A DNA stretch of 64,000 nucleotides from Eledone cirrhosa (taxonomy: Eukaryota): the NCBI GenBank assembly GCA_964016885.1, contig OZ024740.1, forward strand, positions 258,974,001-259,038,000, written 5' to 3'. Positions within the stretch are counted from its first letter, which is position 1; every line of letters starts with the position of its first letter. The translations under genes and the position numbers were made by a program. Of this stretch, positions 26,760 to 41,554 are shown piece by piece. Below the pieces are notes generated by a model. The model ran no database searches. It saw only the letters and a list, made by a program, of their open reading frames with translations, and was not told where the DNA came from.

Positions 26760-27614
26760 CATCTGATGTGGTGTCAAAAACAAACGCGCATGACCACACA
26801 TAAACAATGGACCACGCCACGTGGCTTGAACCCGTAAGTGAATTGAAGGTTCTGCAACTCTGATACACAGATTATTTATTATTAAGATGTATAAACTTGA
26901 CATAACTATTATCATCTTATATTCTCTCAACTAATCACACTTGGTCATATTTCTCTATCCCGTTTTCTCCTCCCATAATTATTATATTTTTATTTTTATT
27001 ATTATTTGAAAAAACCGGTTTTTTTACATTGTTTTCTCCTCTAAATATTCGCTTATATTTCTTTATATATTCTCTCTATATTTTTTTATCTTTATTATTT
27101 CCACTTTTATCCTCCTTTATATTTTACCTTATTCTTACTTTTATACCTTATTATAGTGAAATCTTCCCCATGCCTTATTATACACTATTAATTATAGATT
27201 ATTATTATTACTCTTTTTCCATTTCTAATTACCTCATGTACTTTCTCCTCCGCTATATATATATATATATATTGTATGCCCTTTGTGTTTGTGTAGCCTC
27301 TGCGCACCCTCTGCACCATACTATCGACGCCACCCCATCTATGGTTCAGCTAACCACCCGACTCCCGGGAATGAATATGACCGCAGCTAGTAAACAAGGA
27401 CCCACACCCCACCCTCCCGCACCAAAATTAGACTTATCGTCCCCTACTTTTGCTCTTTACTCTCTTTACTCTTTGTTCTTGAATGTTTGGTTGGTAGAGT
27501 CCATAACACCAATCAAACCCCTTTTATAGCTCTGACGAATCCTACGGTTACGTAAGGAAGAAACATTGTAAGCCAATAAAAATCTTTTGATGTTGTAGAC
27601 GCTCTTGTGTTCTT

Positions 27615-27620
<6 letters not shown>
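26760..27620 (+). mobile_element. PLE 3' end (GIY-YIG tail TTPRGLNP*, 3' UTR, HHR)
   Basis: P.GLN terminal motif at ~26810-26837, then HHR and aataaa before (TA)n. Confidence 0.6.
27528..27574 (+). ncRNA. Type I hammerhead ribozyme
   Basis: gct-CTGACGA-atcctacggttacgtaaggaa-GAAAC-att-GTA-agc, followed by aataaa. Confidence 0.72.
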
Positions 27621-27664
<44 letters not shown>

Positions 27665-28190
27665 GTATATGCATATATATATATCAACAAATCGAGATTC
27701 CAAGCGTCACTTAGTCACTAGTCCCTATCCATCCTGTTAGATTTTACTTATCTCGTCTTTTCATAACAACGCTGAAAAGATTGTGTAGGAGGAGGAAGCA
27801 AATGAAAAATGGCTGGCATCACACGTTCCACATTTCAACTGCTTGCATGACCAAAAGATATACAAATACTTTGATTGAAACTAGAGTGAATTGGGGGAGA
27901 GAAAAAGTCAATTGGTATCAGGAATTGACAATAAATAAGCGGACATAGAAAGAAGCTAAATTAATCGATAACAGAAAAATATGTTTTATTCAAAGTCTAA
28001 CTTTATTTACTATTGACGAAGTTAAAACACACACACACACATATACATGAACACATACACACACATATATATATATATTTGTAGTTATGTATATATGTAT
28101 AGGTATATGTATATATGTGTATAATATATGTGTATATATATATATACATATATATATACACATATATATATATATACATATATATTTATT

Positions 28191-28246
<56 letters not shown>

Positions 28247-28585
28247 TAACAATTGTTTATATGTTGTAATAGTTCAGAAAATAGTGATAGTTTTACTATA
28301 GTTGAATGACTATCAGGATCAGACAGACGAGGCTGTAGAGTGACATAGCTAAAGAGAAAGAAACAAGACTGGTATTGATAGAGACAGTCATTTTGTATGA
28401 GATTGATAGATAAAATGAGACAGTAGTAACAAGCGAGACACCGGAAGTAAAGGTAGCGTTGGAAGTGGTGGTTTCCCCGATGGTAGCTGTTGTATCCCGG
28501 ATGGTAGCCGAGACTGTGGCGGCTGTAGTAACAGCAGCGATAAAGGTGCTGTCCGCGATGGTAGCGGTGATGTCCCTGATGGTAC

Positions 28586-31342
28586 TAGCAGTGATAGTGG
28601 TGGTGTCCTCGATGGCAGCGATGACTTTAGCGGCTTTAGTAGTAGCAGTGATAGTGGTGGTGTCCTCGATGGTAGCGATGACTTTAGCGGCTTTAGTAGT
28701 AGCAGTGATAGTGGTGGTGTCCTCGATGGTAGCGATGACTTTAGCGGCTTTAGTAGTAGCAGTGATAGTGGTGGTGTCCTCGATGGTAGCGATGACTTTA
28801 GCGGCTTTAGTAGTAGCAGTGATAGTGGTGGTGTCCTCGATGGTAGCGATGACTTTAGCGGCTTTAGTAGTAGCAGTGATAGTGGTGGTGTCCTCGATGG
28901 TAGCGATGACTTTAGCGGCTTTAGTAGTAGCAGTGATAGTGGTGGTGTCCTCGATGGTAGCGATGACTTTAGCGGCTTTAGTAGTAGCAGTGATAGTGGT
29001 GGTGTCCTCGATGGTAGCGATGACTTTAGCGGCTTTAGTAGTAGCAGTGATAGTGGTGGTGTCCTCGATGGTAGCGATGACTTTAGCGGCTTTAGTAGTA
29101 GCAGTGATAGTGGTGGTGTCCTCGATGGTAGCGATGACTTTAGCGGCTTTAGTAGTAGCAGTGATAGTGGTGGTGTCCTCGATGGTAGCGATGACTTTAG
29201 CGGCTTTAGTAGTAGCAGTGATAGTGGTGGTGTCCTCGGTGGTAGCGATGACTTTAGCGGCTTTAGTAGTAGCAGTGATAGTGGTGGTGTCCTCGATGGT
29301 AGCGATGACTTTAGCGGCTTTAGTAGTAGCAGTGATAGTGGTGGTGTCCTCGATGGTAGCGATGACTTTAGCGGCTTTAGTAGTAGCAGTGATAGTGGTG
29401 GTGTCCTCGATGGTAGCGATGACTTTAGCGGCTTTAGTAGTAGCAGTGATAGTGGTGGTGTCCTCGATGGTAGCGATGACTTTAGCGGCTTTAGTAGTAG
29501 CAGTGATAGTGGTGGTGTCCTCGGTGGTAGCGATGACTTTAGCGGCTTTAGTAGTAGCAGTGATAGTGGTGGTGTCCTCGATGGTAGCGATGACTTTAGC
29601 GGCTTTAGTAGTAGCAGTGATAGTGGTGGTGTCCTCGGTGGTAGCGATGACTTTAGCGGCTTTAGTAGTAGCAGTGATAGTGGTGGTGTCCTCGATGGTA
29701 GCGATGACTTTAGCGGCTTTAGTAGTAGCAGTGATAGTGGTGGTGTCCTCGATGGTAGCGATGACTTTAGCGGCTTTAGTAGTAGCAGTGATAGTGGTGG
29801 TGTCCTCGATGGTAGCGATGACTTTAGCGGCTTTAGTAGTAGCAGTGATAGTGGTGGTGTCCTCGGTGGTAGCGATGACTTTAGCGGCTTTAGTAGTAGC
29901 AGTGATAGTGGTGGTGTCCTCGATGGTAGCGATGACTTTAGCGGCTTTAGTAGTAGCAGTGATAGTGGTGGTGTCCTCGATGGTAGCGATGACTTTAGCG
30001 GCTTTAGTAGTAGCAGTGATAGTGGTGGTGTCCTCGATGGTAGCGATGACTTTAGCGGCTTTAGTAGTAGCAGTGATAGTGGTGGTGTCCTCGGTGGTAG
30101 CGATGACTTTAGCGGCTTTAGTAGTAGCAGTGATAGTGGTGGTGTCCTCGATGGTAGCGATGACTTTAGCGGCTTTAGTAGTAGCAGTGATAGTGGTGGT
30201 GTCCTCGATGGTAGCGATGACTTTAGCGGCTTTAGTAGTAGCAGTGATAGTGGTGGTGTCCTCGATGGTAGCGATGACTTTAGCGGCTTTAGTAGTAGCA
30301 GTGATAGTGGTGGTGTCCTCGATGGTAGCGATGACTTTAGCGGCTTTAGTAGTAGCAGTGATAGTGGTGGTGTCCTCGATGGTAGCGATGACTTTAGCGG
30401 CTTTAGTAGTAGCAGTGATAGTGGTGGTGTCCTCGATGGTAGCGATGACTTTAGCGGCTTTAGTAGTAGCAGTGATAGTGGTGGTGTCCTCGATGGTAGC
30501 GATGACTTTAGCGGCTTTAGTAGTAGCAGTGATAGTGGTGGTGTCCTCGGTGGTAGCGATGACTTTAGCGGCTTTAGTAGTAGCAGTGATAGTGGTGGTG
30601 TCCTCGATGGTAGCGATGACTTTAGCGGCTTTAGTAGTAGCAGTGATAGTGGTGGTGTCCTCGATGGTAGCGATGACTTTAGCGGCTTTAGTAGTAGCAG
30701 TGATAGTGGTGGTGTCCTCGATGGTAGCGATGACTTTAGCGGCTTTAGTAGTAGCAGTGATAGTGGTGGTGTCCTCGATGGTAGCGATGACTTTAGCGGC
30801 TTTAGTAGTAGCAGTGATAGTGGTGGTGTCCTCGATGGTAGCGATGACTTTAGCGGCTTTAGTAGTAGCAGTGATAGTGGTGGTGTCCTCGATGGTAGCG
30901 ATGACTTTAGCGGCTTTAGTAGTAGCAGTGATAGTGGTGGTGTCCTCGATGGTAGCGATGACTTTAGCGGCTTTAGTAGTAGCAGTGATAGTGGTGGTGT
31001 CCTCGGTGGTAGCGATGACTTTAGCGGCTTTAGTAGTAGCAGTGATAGTGGTGGTGTCCTCGATGGTAGCGATGACTTTAGCGGCTTTAGTAGTAGCAGT
31101 GATAGTGGTGGTGTCCTCGATGGTAGCGATGACTTTAGCGGCTTTAGTAGTAGCAGTGATAGTGGTGGTGTCCTCGATGGTAGCGATGACTTTAGCGGCT
31201 TTAGTAGTAGCAGTGATAGTGGTGGTGTCCTCGATGGTAGCGATGACTTTAGCGGCTTTAGTAGTAGCAGTGATAGTGGTGGTGTCCTCGATGGTAGCGA
31301 TGACTTTAGCGGCTTTAGTAGTAGCAGTGATAGTGGTGGTGT
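28586..31342. repeat. 57-bp minisatellite (gtggtggtgtcctcgatggtagcgatgactttagcggctttagtagtagcagtgata), ~48 copies
   Basis: Highly homogeneous 57-bp period; the main variant is ctcgAtgg / ctcgGtgg. Confidence 0.98.
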
Positions 31343-31919
31343 ACCCGATGGTAGCGGTAACAGTGACATATGTGGTAGTAGCAGCGACAGCGATGATGGC
31401 AGTCTGTTATGGTCATTTACTATGAATCATATTGTTTCTTAATGAGCAAGTTGTTGTCACAGTTTTATCTCCAGCTGAACAAAGACATCTGAAGTTGAAA
31501 CAAAGATGGAGACAATGCTCTGTAGATATTTTCATTTTTTATTTATATTCCGCCATTTGTATTTCAAAGAGACTAACCTTTAAGCGATGAAGGACTAGCT
31601 GGATACTATCACAGACGAACACATATTTTCACAAACACAAACACACTAAGACACAGACTCACTGAGATACATAAACAAATTCACATACATCTATAGATAG
31701 AGGCATGCTTTTATATAAACATACGAACATGTATCTATAACTTTATTTAGTTGTCTCTACATATATACATATGTATGTATATATATATATATATATATGT
31801 ATATTAATAATTAATATATATATATATGTGTGTGTGTGTGTATATATATATATACATTTTCAATTATTTTCCCTCATATTTTCACCCGTGTGGGACATCT
31901 CGTTTAAAAATAAAAACTC

Positions 31920-31958
<39 letters not shown>

Positions 31959-32001
31959 CGCGAAACATAAGTCAATTGCATGAACTCATAATCCTTTATT
32001 T

Positions 32002-32057
32002 ACTGCTATATATATTTCGATGATAGCCATTGAATGGCTATGACCTCATCAGGCAGT
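32002..32057 (-). ncRNA. Type I hammerhead ribozyme
   Basis: actgc-CTGATGA-ggtcatagccattcaatggctatcatc-GAAAT-atat-ATA-gcagt, then aataaa. Lies in a ~165-bp module between (TA)n tracts. Confidence 0.8.
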
Positions 32058-32116
32058 TAGTCAGTTCTTAGATATGCCAGCTCTGTGTTTATAGTGTTGA
32101 TGGTATCAGAGCCTTG

Positions 32117-32622
<506 letters not shown>

Positions 32623-33260
32623 CACACACACATAAACACACATATATATATACACATGTATGTTCTTATACGTATATGTAAAAACAGGCATGAAACGAAC
32701 GTACAATGTTAATAATAAACAATATTAATGGAACAGTATTTTCTCAAAGCTCTATCTTAAATGACAAGTTCGAATTTCGTGTTGTCCTGTTGCTGTCCGC
32801 AGGTTACCAAACATTCATTCCTTTTGTTTAAAACTAGAATAGGACAGGTCTCTAAGAACAGCTATGCAGCCACCTATGGCACAGTCCTTTGTGAAGCACA
32901 TTACTGGACCTTATTTTCTACAAATTTGTATAATTGACATCGTTATTAACCAATAAATGCATCGATAACCGCTTTGTCACGTAGTAGCGTTATAGAAATA
33001 GCCAAAGCGGTGGAGAGTGCCGCATACTGTTATGCCGTATAACATGAATTGGCGTGGTCGGTGTGGTCTATGCAGTAGAAAATGCGGGTATAGTAATTAT
33101 TTTTGTGTAATCAAAGAAATGTCAAAAATTAGATTCGTTAGCTTGCTAAACTTTGTCTTTTATTATGTAATATTTAAATATATCTCGAATATACCGTGAT
33201 GTTTATCCATTTTCACTGATACTGTCACCCACATAGAATGTGTATATAACCCAACCACGT

Positions 33261-33391
<131 letters not shown>

Positions 33392-33401
33392 GAGAGAGAG
33401 A

Positions 33402-33554
33402 GATATCCGAACTCAATTCGGATTTAGCTGTCGAAACGTTCGGAGCTCAGCCGTAGGGGTCCTGAATCTTTCCATATTACCCACTCTACTACCCCAAGTA
33501 TCGAGTACTCTGGTGCGTTATGGTCCACCTGGTATCTTGCCACACCCTCTCTGA
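33402..33554 (+). mobile_element. Solo pLTR fragment, relative of the 55183-57938 element
   Basis: gtcgaaacgttcggagctcagccgtaggggtcc...atcgagtactctggtgcgttatggtccacctgg. Confidence 0.8.
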
Positions 33555-34341
33555 TATATTATATATATATATTATATATATATAAGAGAGAAAAAACCGC
33601 TCATACACATATTTTCCTTTTTCTTAATTTCCCACCACAGATGGACCTGTGATAGACAGGCTGAAGCACACACACAGACACACACAAACCTCACAGATAC
33701 ACACATAGACACACACACACATGCGCGCGCGCGCGTGTGTGTGTATATCTTTTTATATATCCACTCTCACACGTACACACTCACACCCTCTAAAACCCTA
33801 CTGTTGCCAATCCCATAGAATTTGTCTCTAGCTTACAATTCCCCCTCCCGTTCGTCACCCCATCTTAACTCTTGACCGGTCCACTAACAGAATTGAGGTG
33901 CACACATATTTACAGAATATTTCCTTTGTCCCTAAAAACAATGTTGTTCTATGTGAAGAGACACAACTACCACCACTGCTGTTATTGCTGCCACCACCTC
34001 TCACTCTACACACAAGAGTTCATTTAAACAGTCTCCTTCTCAAAAAGGAAGATGGAAAAACTTACCTCAACACTTAATTTTAAATCTTAAATTTTTAGCT
34101 TTTAATCCTTATTAATCCTTTTTAATTGTAAATTTGATGAGATGAATTTTGGTAATACATCGAAGCCGGTAATACTTTATATAATTTATATACATTATAA
34201 AACTCTTTTTTTTAAAGAATTGTCCCTCTCATTTTTTCAATAATGCCATTTTAACGAATCAAAGAAAGGAAAAAAAGAAAAATGGACACTTAAATATATT
34301 GTCAGTGCTATTTCCTATTTCACCTTCTCTCGCTCTCTCTC

Positions 34342-34433
<92 letters not shown>

Positions 34434-34579
34434 ACTACTTCATTACCAAAGGTTTCTGGATCACAGACGATAATAATATAATATACGTCTGGATCGGTCG
34501 TCAGTCAGAGATGTTATAGATAAAATATATGAAATGAGATTTAAAATCTGTTAAAAAATGGAAGTGAGGCTGGAAATTT

Positions 34580-34615
<36 letters not shown>

Positions 34616-34616
<1 letters not shown>

Positions 34617-34966
34617 GATATTAACAAATGGAAACTATATTTATAAAACCATATTTATTTCATTATACATATTTCAAGGAAACCAAGTTAAATTATGGTG
34701 TGCTTTCATCAGATAAAATATAATATAGATCAGTTTTATAAATAAATATTGACATACCCTTAAAGAATGCAACCATTACTGTTGGAAGCACACCATAATT
34801 TAACTTGGTATCCTTGAAATATGTATAATGAAATAAATATGGTTTTATAAATATAGCTTCCATTTGTTAATATCGTATTTTTACTCCAATTATTTGTTGA
34901 GTGCTTTATATCAGTTATAAAAATATTTGCTTGTTGCATCCCAACAATTTAAATAGAACTTTTACA
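34616..34966. mobile_element. Fold-back HHR module
   Basis: 34616-34705 is inverted at ~34785-34877. The longer right arm has ttgagtgct at 34897-34905. Confidence 0.75.
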
Positions 34967-34979
34967 TATATATATATAT

Positions 34980-35071
34980 ATCCTGGGCACTTTAAAATAC
35001 AATATGTTGAAAAGGTAACACACTAGAGGTTTTTCCCTGTATCGCTCTCTAGTGTGTTACCTTTTCAAAAT

Positions 35072-35131
<60 letters not shown>

Positions 35132-35301
35132 CAAAAAAGAGAAATAGGACGAAGGTAAACATTTACAAACGGATTTAATCCACGTATTAACAATTGTTTC
35201 ATCAGAATTTCAGTTCATTATTGCTACACTATGTAATAATAGGCAATCAAGAAAGATACTGTGGCATCCGAATTTTCAAAATACAAAGTTGAAATGACCT
35301 T

Positions 35302-35367
<66 letters not shown>

Positions 35368-35440
35368 ATTTTGAAAAGGTAACACACTAGAGAGAGATAC
35401 AGGGAAAAATCTCTAGTGTGTTACCTTTTCAACATATTGT

Positions 35441-35529
<89 letters not shown>

Positions 35530-35628
35530 ATAATAAATATATATATATATACAATATTTTGAAAAGGTAACACACTAGAGAGCGATACAGGGAAAAACCT
35601 CTAGTGTGTTACCTTTTCAACATATTGT

Positions 35629-35705
<77 letters not shown>

Positions 35706-35886
35706 ATAATAAATATATATATATATACAATATTTTGAAAAGGTAACACACTAGAGAGCGATACAGGGAAAAACCTCTAGTGTGTTACCTTTTCAACATA
35801 TTGTATTTTAAAGTGCCCAGGATTTCCTCTCCTTTGAGCACATTATTTACAGGGAACGGCGAGAGTCTATGGCTCCGTTAATGTAT

Positions 35887-35890
<4 letters not shown>
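34980..35890. repeat. Four copies of an ~80-bp hairpin unit interleaved with (TA)n/(GA)n
   Basis: tacaatat(g/t)ttgaaaaggtaacacactagag-loop-ctctagtgtgttaccttttcaa at ~34998, 35362, 35549 and 35725. The first copy is inverted relative to the last. Confidence 0.9.
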
Positions 35891-35923
<33 letters not shown>

Positions 35924-36012
35924 GATTTATCCAAATTATTGAGCCCTCTGCCACACATTTCGGATTTGTTTATCGTTAATTCGTAGGCTGTTTTTCCGAT
36001 TCTCGATTATTC

Positions 36013-36094
<82 letters not shown>

Positions 36095-36101
<7 letters not shown>

Positions 36102-36520
36102 TAACAGATTAAAGTTTAAGCAAAGAATCGCTGCTTTCACCCTTAACGGGATCTTCTGAAACTAACAAAGTCAATCTGTGAACGCAGAAGTAAATATTTC
36201 AAAATACGTTGGAACCGAAGGAAGACAGGAAGACGATACTTTGGTTCGTGGAAATGTTCCCTGGCAAACGTTCCACGAACCAAAGTATCGTCTTCTTGTC
36301 TTCCTTCGGTTGCAACGTTTTCTGAAATATTTACTTCTGCGTTCACAGATTGATTTTTATTATTTCAGAAGATGCCGTTAAGGGTGAAAGCACCGATTCT
36401 TTGCTTAAACTTTAATCTGTTATTTTAATAAATATTTGCTCTATGGTTCTTATATATTTGATATATATTTATCCTTATCGAGCCCTCTTTGGATTTTAGT
36501 CTTCAAATTTATTATTATTA
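36095..36520. mobile_element. ~335-bp fold-back element with 3' tail
   Basis: Arms 36095-36258 / ~36268-36430. Tail with atcgagccct at ~36477-36486. A single-arm homolog lies at 40645-40740. Confidence 0.85.
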
Positions 36521-36564
36521 CTATATATATATTTTTCTATATATATATACATATATATATATAT

Positions 36565-36763
36565 AACGAAGGAAATGTGGTAAGGAACCAGGTGGACCAT
36601 AACGCACCAAAGTACTCAATACTTAGGGTAGTAGAGTGGGTAATAGGAACGAGTAGGACCCCGACGACTAATATGGTATATATATACCAGGATACAAATT
36701 TTCATTTAGTCCAGAATTAGCCGTCGAAACGGCTTGAGCTCAGCCGTCGGGGTCCTACTCGTT

Positions 36764-36766
<3 letters not shown>
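36565..36766. mobile_element. Coding-less inverted pair of Naiad-like pLTR pieces
   Basis: 36565-36667 (-) and 36682-36766 (+) both match the termini of the element at 55183-57938. Confidence 0.88.
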
Positions 36767-36804
<38 letters not shown>

Positions 36805-36808
<4 letters not shown>

Positions 36809-38240
36809 GGAAAAGAGCCTTAATGTTTCAGACACTAGTCCTTCATCAAAAGATAGAATGAGAAATTAAAGAAGAAATAGAAAGATTGAGGAGACGGGCA
36901 GTGCGAAAATGGAAAAGATTTTTAGAGAAAAATAACAAGTCCATTCATGTTGCCATCCCCAGGGAAACTGTGGATGCTGGCATTTTGTGTATGATATACT
37001 TGTTTTAAAAGGTGGTGATCGAGCGCATCTATCTGAAAGGGAAAAATACCCATTTTGTATATAGAGCTTATATGTGCGCGTGCGTATAAATGTGTGTTTT
37101 ATACGTCCTTACGAAGCTAAGAGGGTGTGTGTGTGTGTGTATATGTAAGTATAAGAGTGTGTGTGTATGCGTATGCTTGTAAGTACGAAGCTGCGAGCCA
37201 ATGTGTGTGTATATTAGGGGGGGGGGTTGTGGGCGTGTGTACAGGGTTGTGAAGGTAAATGTAGAAGTGTGTGTGTGCGTTTTTTGTTGGTCTGTATAAG
37301 CTGTAAGATTGTGTGTTTTTATTTTGCCCTAACAGAGCCATAGCAACCTAGCGGGTAAATGTACGAGCGCATGTGTAATAACGGACGAGGTAAAGGTGAT
37401 ATTGGCAAGGTGTAGAGAAGTAAGCACGAGTGTATGTGTGTAAGATTAAAGAAATTGGGGAAGGGAGTTCAGTCCATTGAGGACCCAAGGCGGAAAATCA
37501 GACTCTGCTCTGTTCTGGTGCGCGAGGCCTGTGATCCGTGATGTAAAAGGACATCAAGGACTGAAACATATATGGAGAGTGGCCTGGGGAAAGGAAATGA
37601 CGAGCGACCGGATTATGTCCGTCATATGTCCGTCAAATGTTCAACAAAACGGTCCCCCGAATGGCGTCCTGTTTGTCCGATGTATAAGGACTCACAAAGG
37701 GAACACCGAATGGCATAGACTACGTGGGTGGAGGTGCAGGTGAAGGAGTCGTGGATACGGAATAAACCATTAGAGCCTGTGAGGGTGGTGAGTTTTGAAA
37801 TAAAGGTACAGGTGTTACAGCGGGAATGAGAACCGGGACGAGAGCCGGATGGAGTCGTAGGAGAGGAAGGAAAGGAACTACGTACGAGGCGGTCGCGGAG
37901 AATACGGGCGCATTTAAGGAAATGATAGGTGGGTATGTATAAAAGTGAGAAATAGGGGGTTCAGAAGAGATGTTGTGAAAACAACGGAGGATGTGTCGCC
38001 GGTGAGATAGGGTGATGGAGTGGTAGGTGAGGGGCAAAGGAAGGTGGGTGTTAGGAGGGTGGTGGTGGGATGAGAGGGCTGTGTTACAGTCGATTGCACG
38101 GACGCAGATGAGGGAAGCATGGATCAGTGTGGTGGGATATCCAGGCAGATGAAGTGAGAGGCCATGTGAAAGGACTGGGTCATAAAATCGTGGTCCAGGC
38201 TACAGAGCCGACGAAGACGGGGGAATTGGGAGTAGGGTAT
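36805..38240 (-). mobile_element. Degenerate Neptune-like PLE (RT end, GIY-YIG, 3' pLTR with decayed HHR)
   Basis: Minus-strand YSQFPRLRRLC, PLTYH, RCNTC, FTCTST, YIGQT and GLN motifs. The 3' region is homologous to 26290-26520. Confidence 0.85.
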
Positions 38241-38327
38241 ATATAAAAACATAGTCGTCAGTTGCTTTAACTATGAACGTAAACAAATGTACACCAAACC
38301 AATGATATACACGAACTCCATAAACCT

Positions 38328-38645
38328 GCCCTCAGCTTCTTTCAGCTCTTTTCAGCCCCACTCAGCCCCACTCAGTCCCACTCAGCCTCACTCAACCCCA
38401 CACAGCCCCACTCAGCCCCACTCAGCCCCACCCAGCCCCACTTAGCCCCACTCATCCCCACCCAGCCCCACCCAGCCCCACTCAGCCCCACTCAGCCCCA
38501 CTCAAACCTACTCAGCCCCACCCAGCCCCACTTAGCCCCACTCATCCCCACCCAGCCCCACCCAGTCCCACTCAGCCCCACTCAGCTCCACTCAGCCCCA
38601 CTCAGCCCCACTTAGCCCCACTCAGCCCCACTCAAGCCCACTCAC
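38328..38645. repeat. 10-bp minisatellite (ctcagcccca)n
   Basis: About 30 tandem copies. Confidence 0.95.
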
Positions 38646-39457
38646 TAAACACACCGCACAAGACATAAAGGGAAAAAACCCATATACATGTATGTGTATG
38701 TATACGTGAATATGTGCGTGTATACATATAGAGCGGTATAATTTCCAATGTGTGTATATATGTAAAACAGTGAAAAGCAGAATAAGTATATATACGTGTA
38801 TTTCTATGCCTACATATTTATCTGTGTGTGTGCATGTGTGCGTGCGTATATGTGTGTATGTATATCTGTGTGTGCGTGTGTGTGCGCGTATTTGTGGGTG
38901 TGTATGTATGTGTGAGTGTGCGTGTGCGTCTTTGTGTGTGTGTCTGTGTGTGCTTGTGTGTATGTGTGTGATTGCGTGTGTGCGTATGTGTGTGTTTGTG
39001 TACGAATGCGTGTGCGTCTTTGTGTGTGTGTGTGTGTGCTTGTGTGTATGTGTGTGATTGCGTGTGTGCGTATGTGTGTGTTTGAGTACGAATGTGTATG
39101 AGTGTGCACGTGAGTCAGGAAATTAGAGAGTGTGAGGGAAGGGGGGGGGGACATGACCTCAGTGCGTTGCCAAGTCTCTTTGGATAAATCGGTGACGTTA
39201 GAGGAATTATTATTTTTTCATGATATAGTTTGTTGTTATCTGGTATAGTGAGTGTATAATTGGCAGATATTGACAAAACATCTCTCACATCTCACGAACA
39301 CTCCGACACCACACCGCCATTCCACCACACTGTTATACCACCACACCACCACATCGCCACACTGTTGCACCGCTACACCGCCAATAACATATGACCCATA
39401 CTCTTATCTCAAACTGCTCAGGTCGACTTATGAACTATTGTGTGTTTATATGTATTC

Positions 39458-39516
<59 letters not shown>

Positions 39517-39579
39517 TATATATCTATATACATATATATATTTACATATACATACATATATATATATTTGCATATACAC

Positions 39580-39638
<59 letters not shown>

Positions 39639-39932
39639 TGTGTGTGTATATGTATATATGCATATTCTTGATAGTAACCCCCGTGCCTATTGATAGCAAT
39701 CCACCTTTAAATGTTACTTGTTATTGGGAACTTAACTCTGGTGTCCATCTTCACTAATTACATATACTAATCACACAGAATAATTAGCCACACTTACGAT
39801 GATTATCAGCCTTATTTTTTCACTTCACTTTATTTATTATATATGTATATTTTTTTTTTTTTACTCCTTTATTATTTTTTTTGTTGCATATACACACGCA
39901 TATATAAATAAACACACACACACAAACATACC

Positions 39933-40099
<167 letters not shown>

Positions 40100-40192
40100 G
40101 TATGAAGACTAAAATCTGAAGAGGGCTCGATAAGGATTGTATATACTGGCAGTGAAACTGATCCTACTCCCGTGAACTTCTTATTATATATA

Positions 40193-40235
<43 letters not shown>

Positions 40236-40396
40236 GGGATAAAGATCCCATAACTCCTTGTGGAGTCGTAGAGGCGCCGTCAATCGTGGTGTCTAGGGCA
40301 CTTTTAAACCTGGTGGGGCCCAACCTTCTCCAGGTTTGAACACAGCCGAATTTTTCTATAGAAGATGAATCGACCCCAGTACTGGACTGGTACTTT

Positions 40397-40440
<44 letters not shown>

Positions 40441-41360
40441 CTATATAAATTGGAAGTGGTCGGACGTTGTATATGTAGGTGTAGTCGGATAAACGTCGAA
40501 ACGGCTTGGTGGAATGCAGCGAAAATTTACACAGTTATGCAGAATGACCTGAGGAGGCGTTGGGTCGACTTTCAAGCTACAAGTTTCCTTGGTTACGGAG
40601 AAAATAGATGAAACAGGAATTTCCCATTCAAATTGAACTGAGAGTAATCTGTGAACGCAGAAGTAAATATTTCGAGAAACGTTGCAACCGAAGGAAAACA
40701 GGAAGACGATATTTTGGTTCGCGAACACGTTCCCTGGCAATGAACGGAAAAAAGCGAGGATAATACGTCGTTATGTGGAGCGAGAAGAACAATTTCATGC
40801 AAAGACAAGACCAAGTTTATGGTATAAATGGAGTCGTTAGACTAATATTCTATTTAAAATAACAGAATGATTTCCAGCCCCGGGGTTTAAGAATGATGTA
40901 AATAAAATTGAAAACGAAAATGACAGAGGTTATTAAAATAGTAAAAGTAAATAGTGAAGATTTAGGCCAATACATACGTATGCCCCGACGGACATACACA
41001 TACATACGCACACACAAATACACACACACACACACACACACGCGTGTGTATAAACCTTATGCATTTCTACAGTATTTTCACCAAACTTAAGACATAGGTT
41101 ACTTATGTACTCCGGATGGTCATGGGCACTTTCATTTTTCCAGATATTGATTATAGGGCCTACCGGCAGATAACCCCGTTTACCCACTTCCTTGGAGTCG
41201 ACTGAAGCACTGCAGTGCAATGCAACAAAACGTCATAATTTCTGGAGTTCGCAACCGATTTTCACAAAACTTGACACATGGGCTACGGATGAATGTGAAC
41301 TCTCAGAATTGGCACATATTGAGTAGGAGACATGTGTGTGTGTGTGTATGTATGTGTGTG

Positions 41361-41392
<32 letters not shown>

Positions 41393-41477
41393 TGTATGTG
41401 TGTGTGTGTGCGTGCGTGTGTGTGTGTGTGTGTGTGTGCGTGTGTGTGTGTGTGTGTGCGTGTGTGTGTGTGTGTGC

Positions 41478-41522
<45 letters not shown>

Positions 41523-41554
41523 CGTGTGTGTGTGTGTGTGTGCGTGTGCGTGTG

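Noticed and set aside
32795-32960. Possible short terminal exon (tccgcag|GTTACCAAAC...TAA, aataaa)
   Set aside because: No supporting upstream exons; such signals occur by chance.
34980-35890. CRISPR-like repeat-spacer array
   Set aside because: Spacers are microsatellites, the context is eukaryotic, and there are no cas genes.
36143-36381. Two similar 67-aa ORFs on opposite strands
   Set aside because: Mirror translations of a DNA fold-back.
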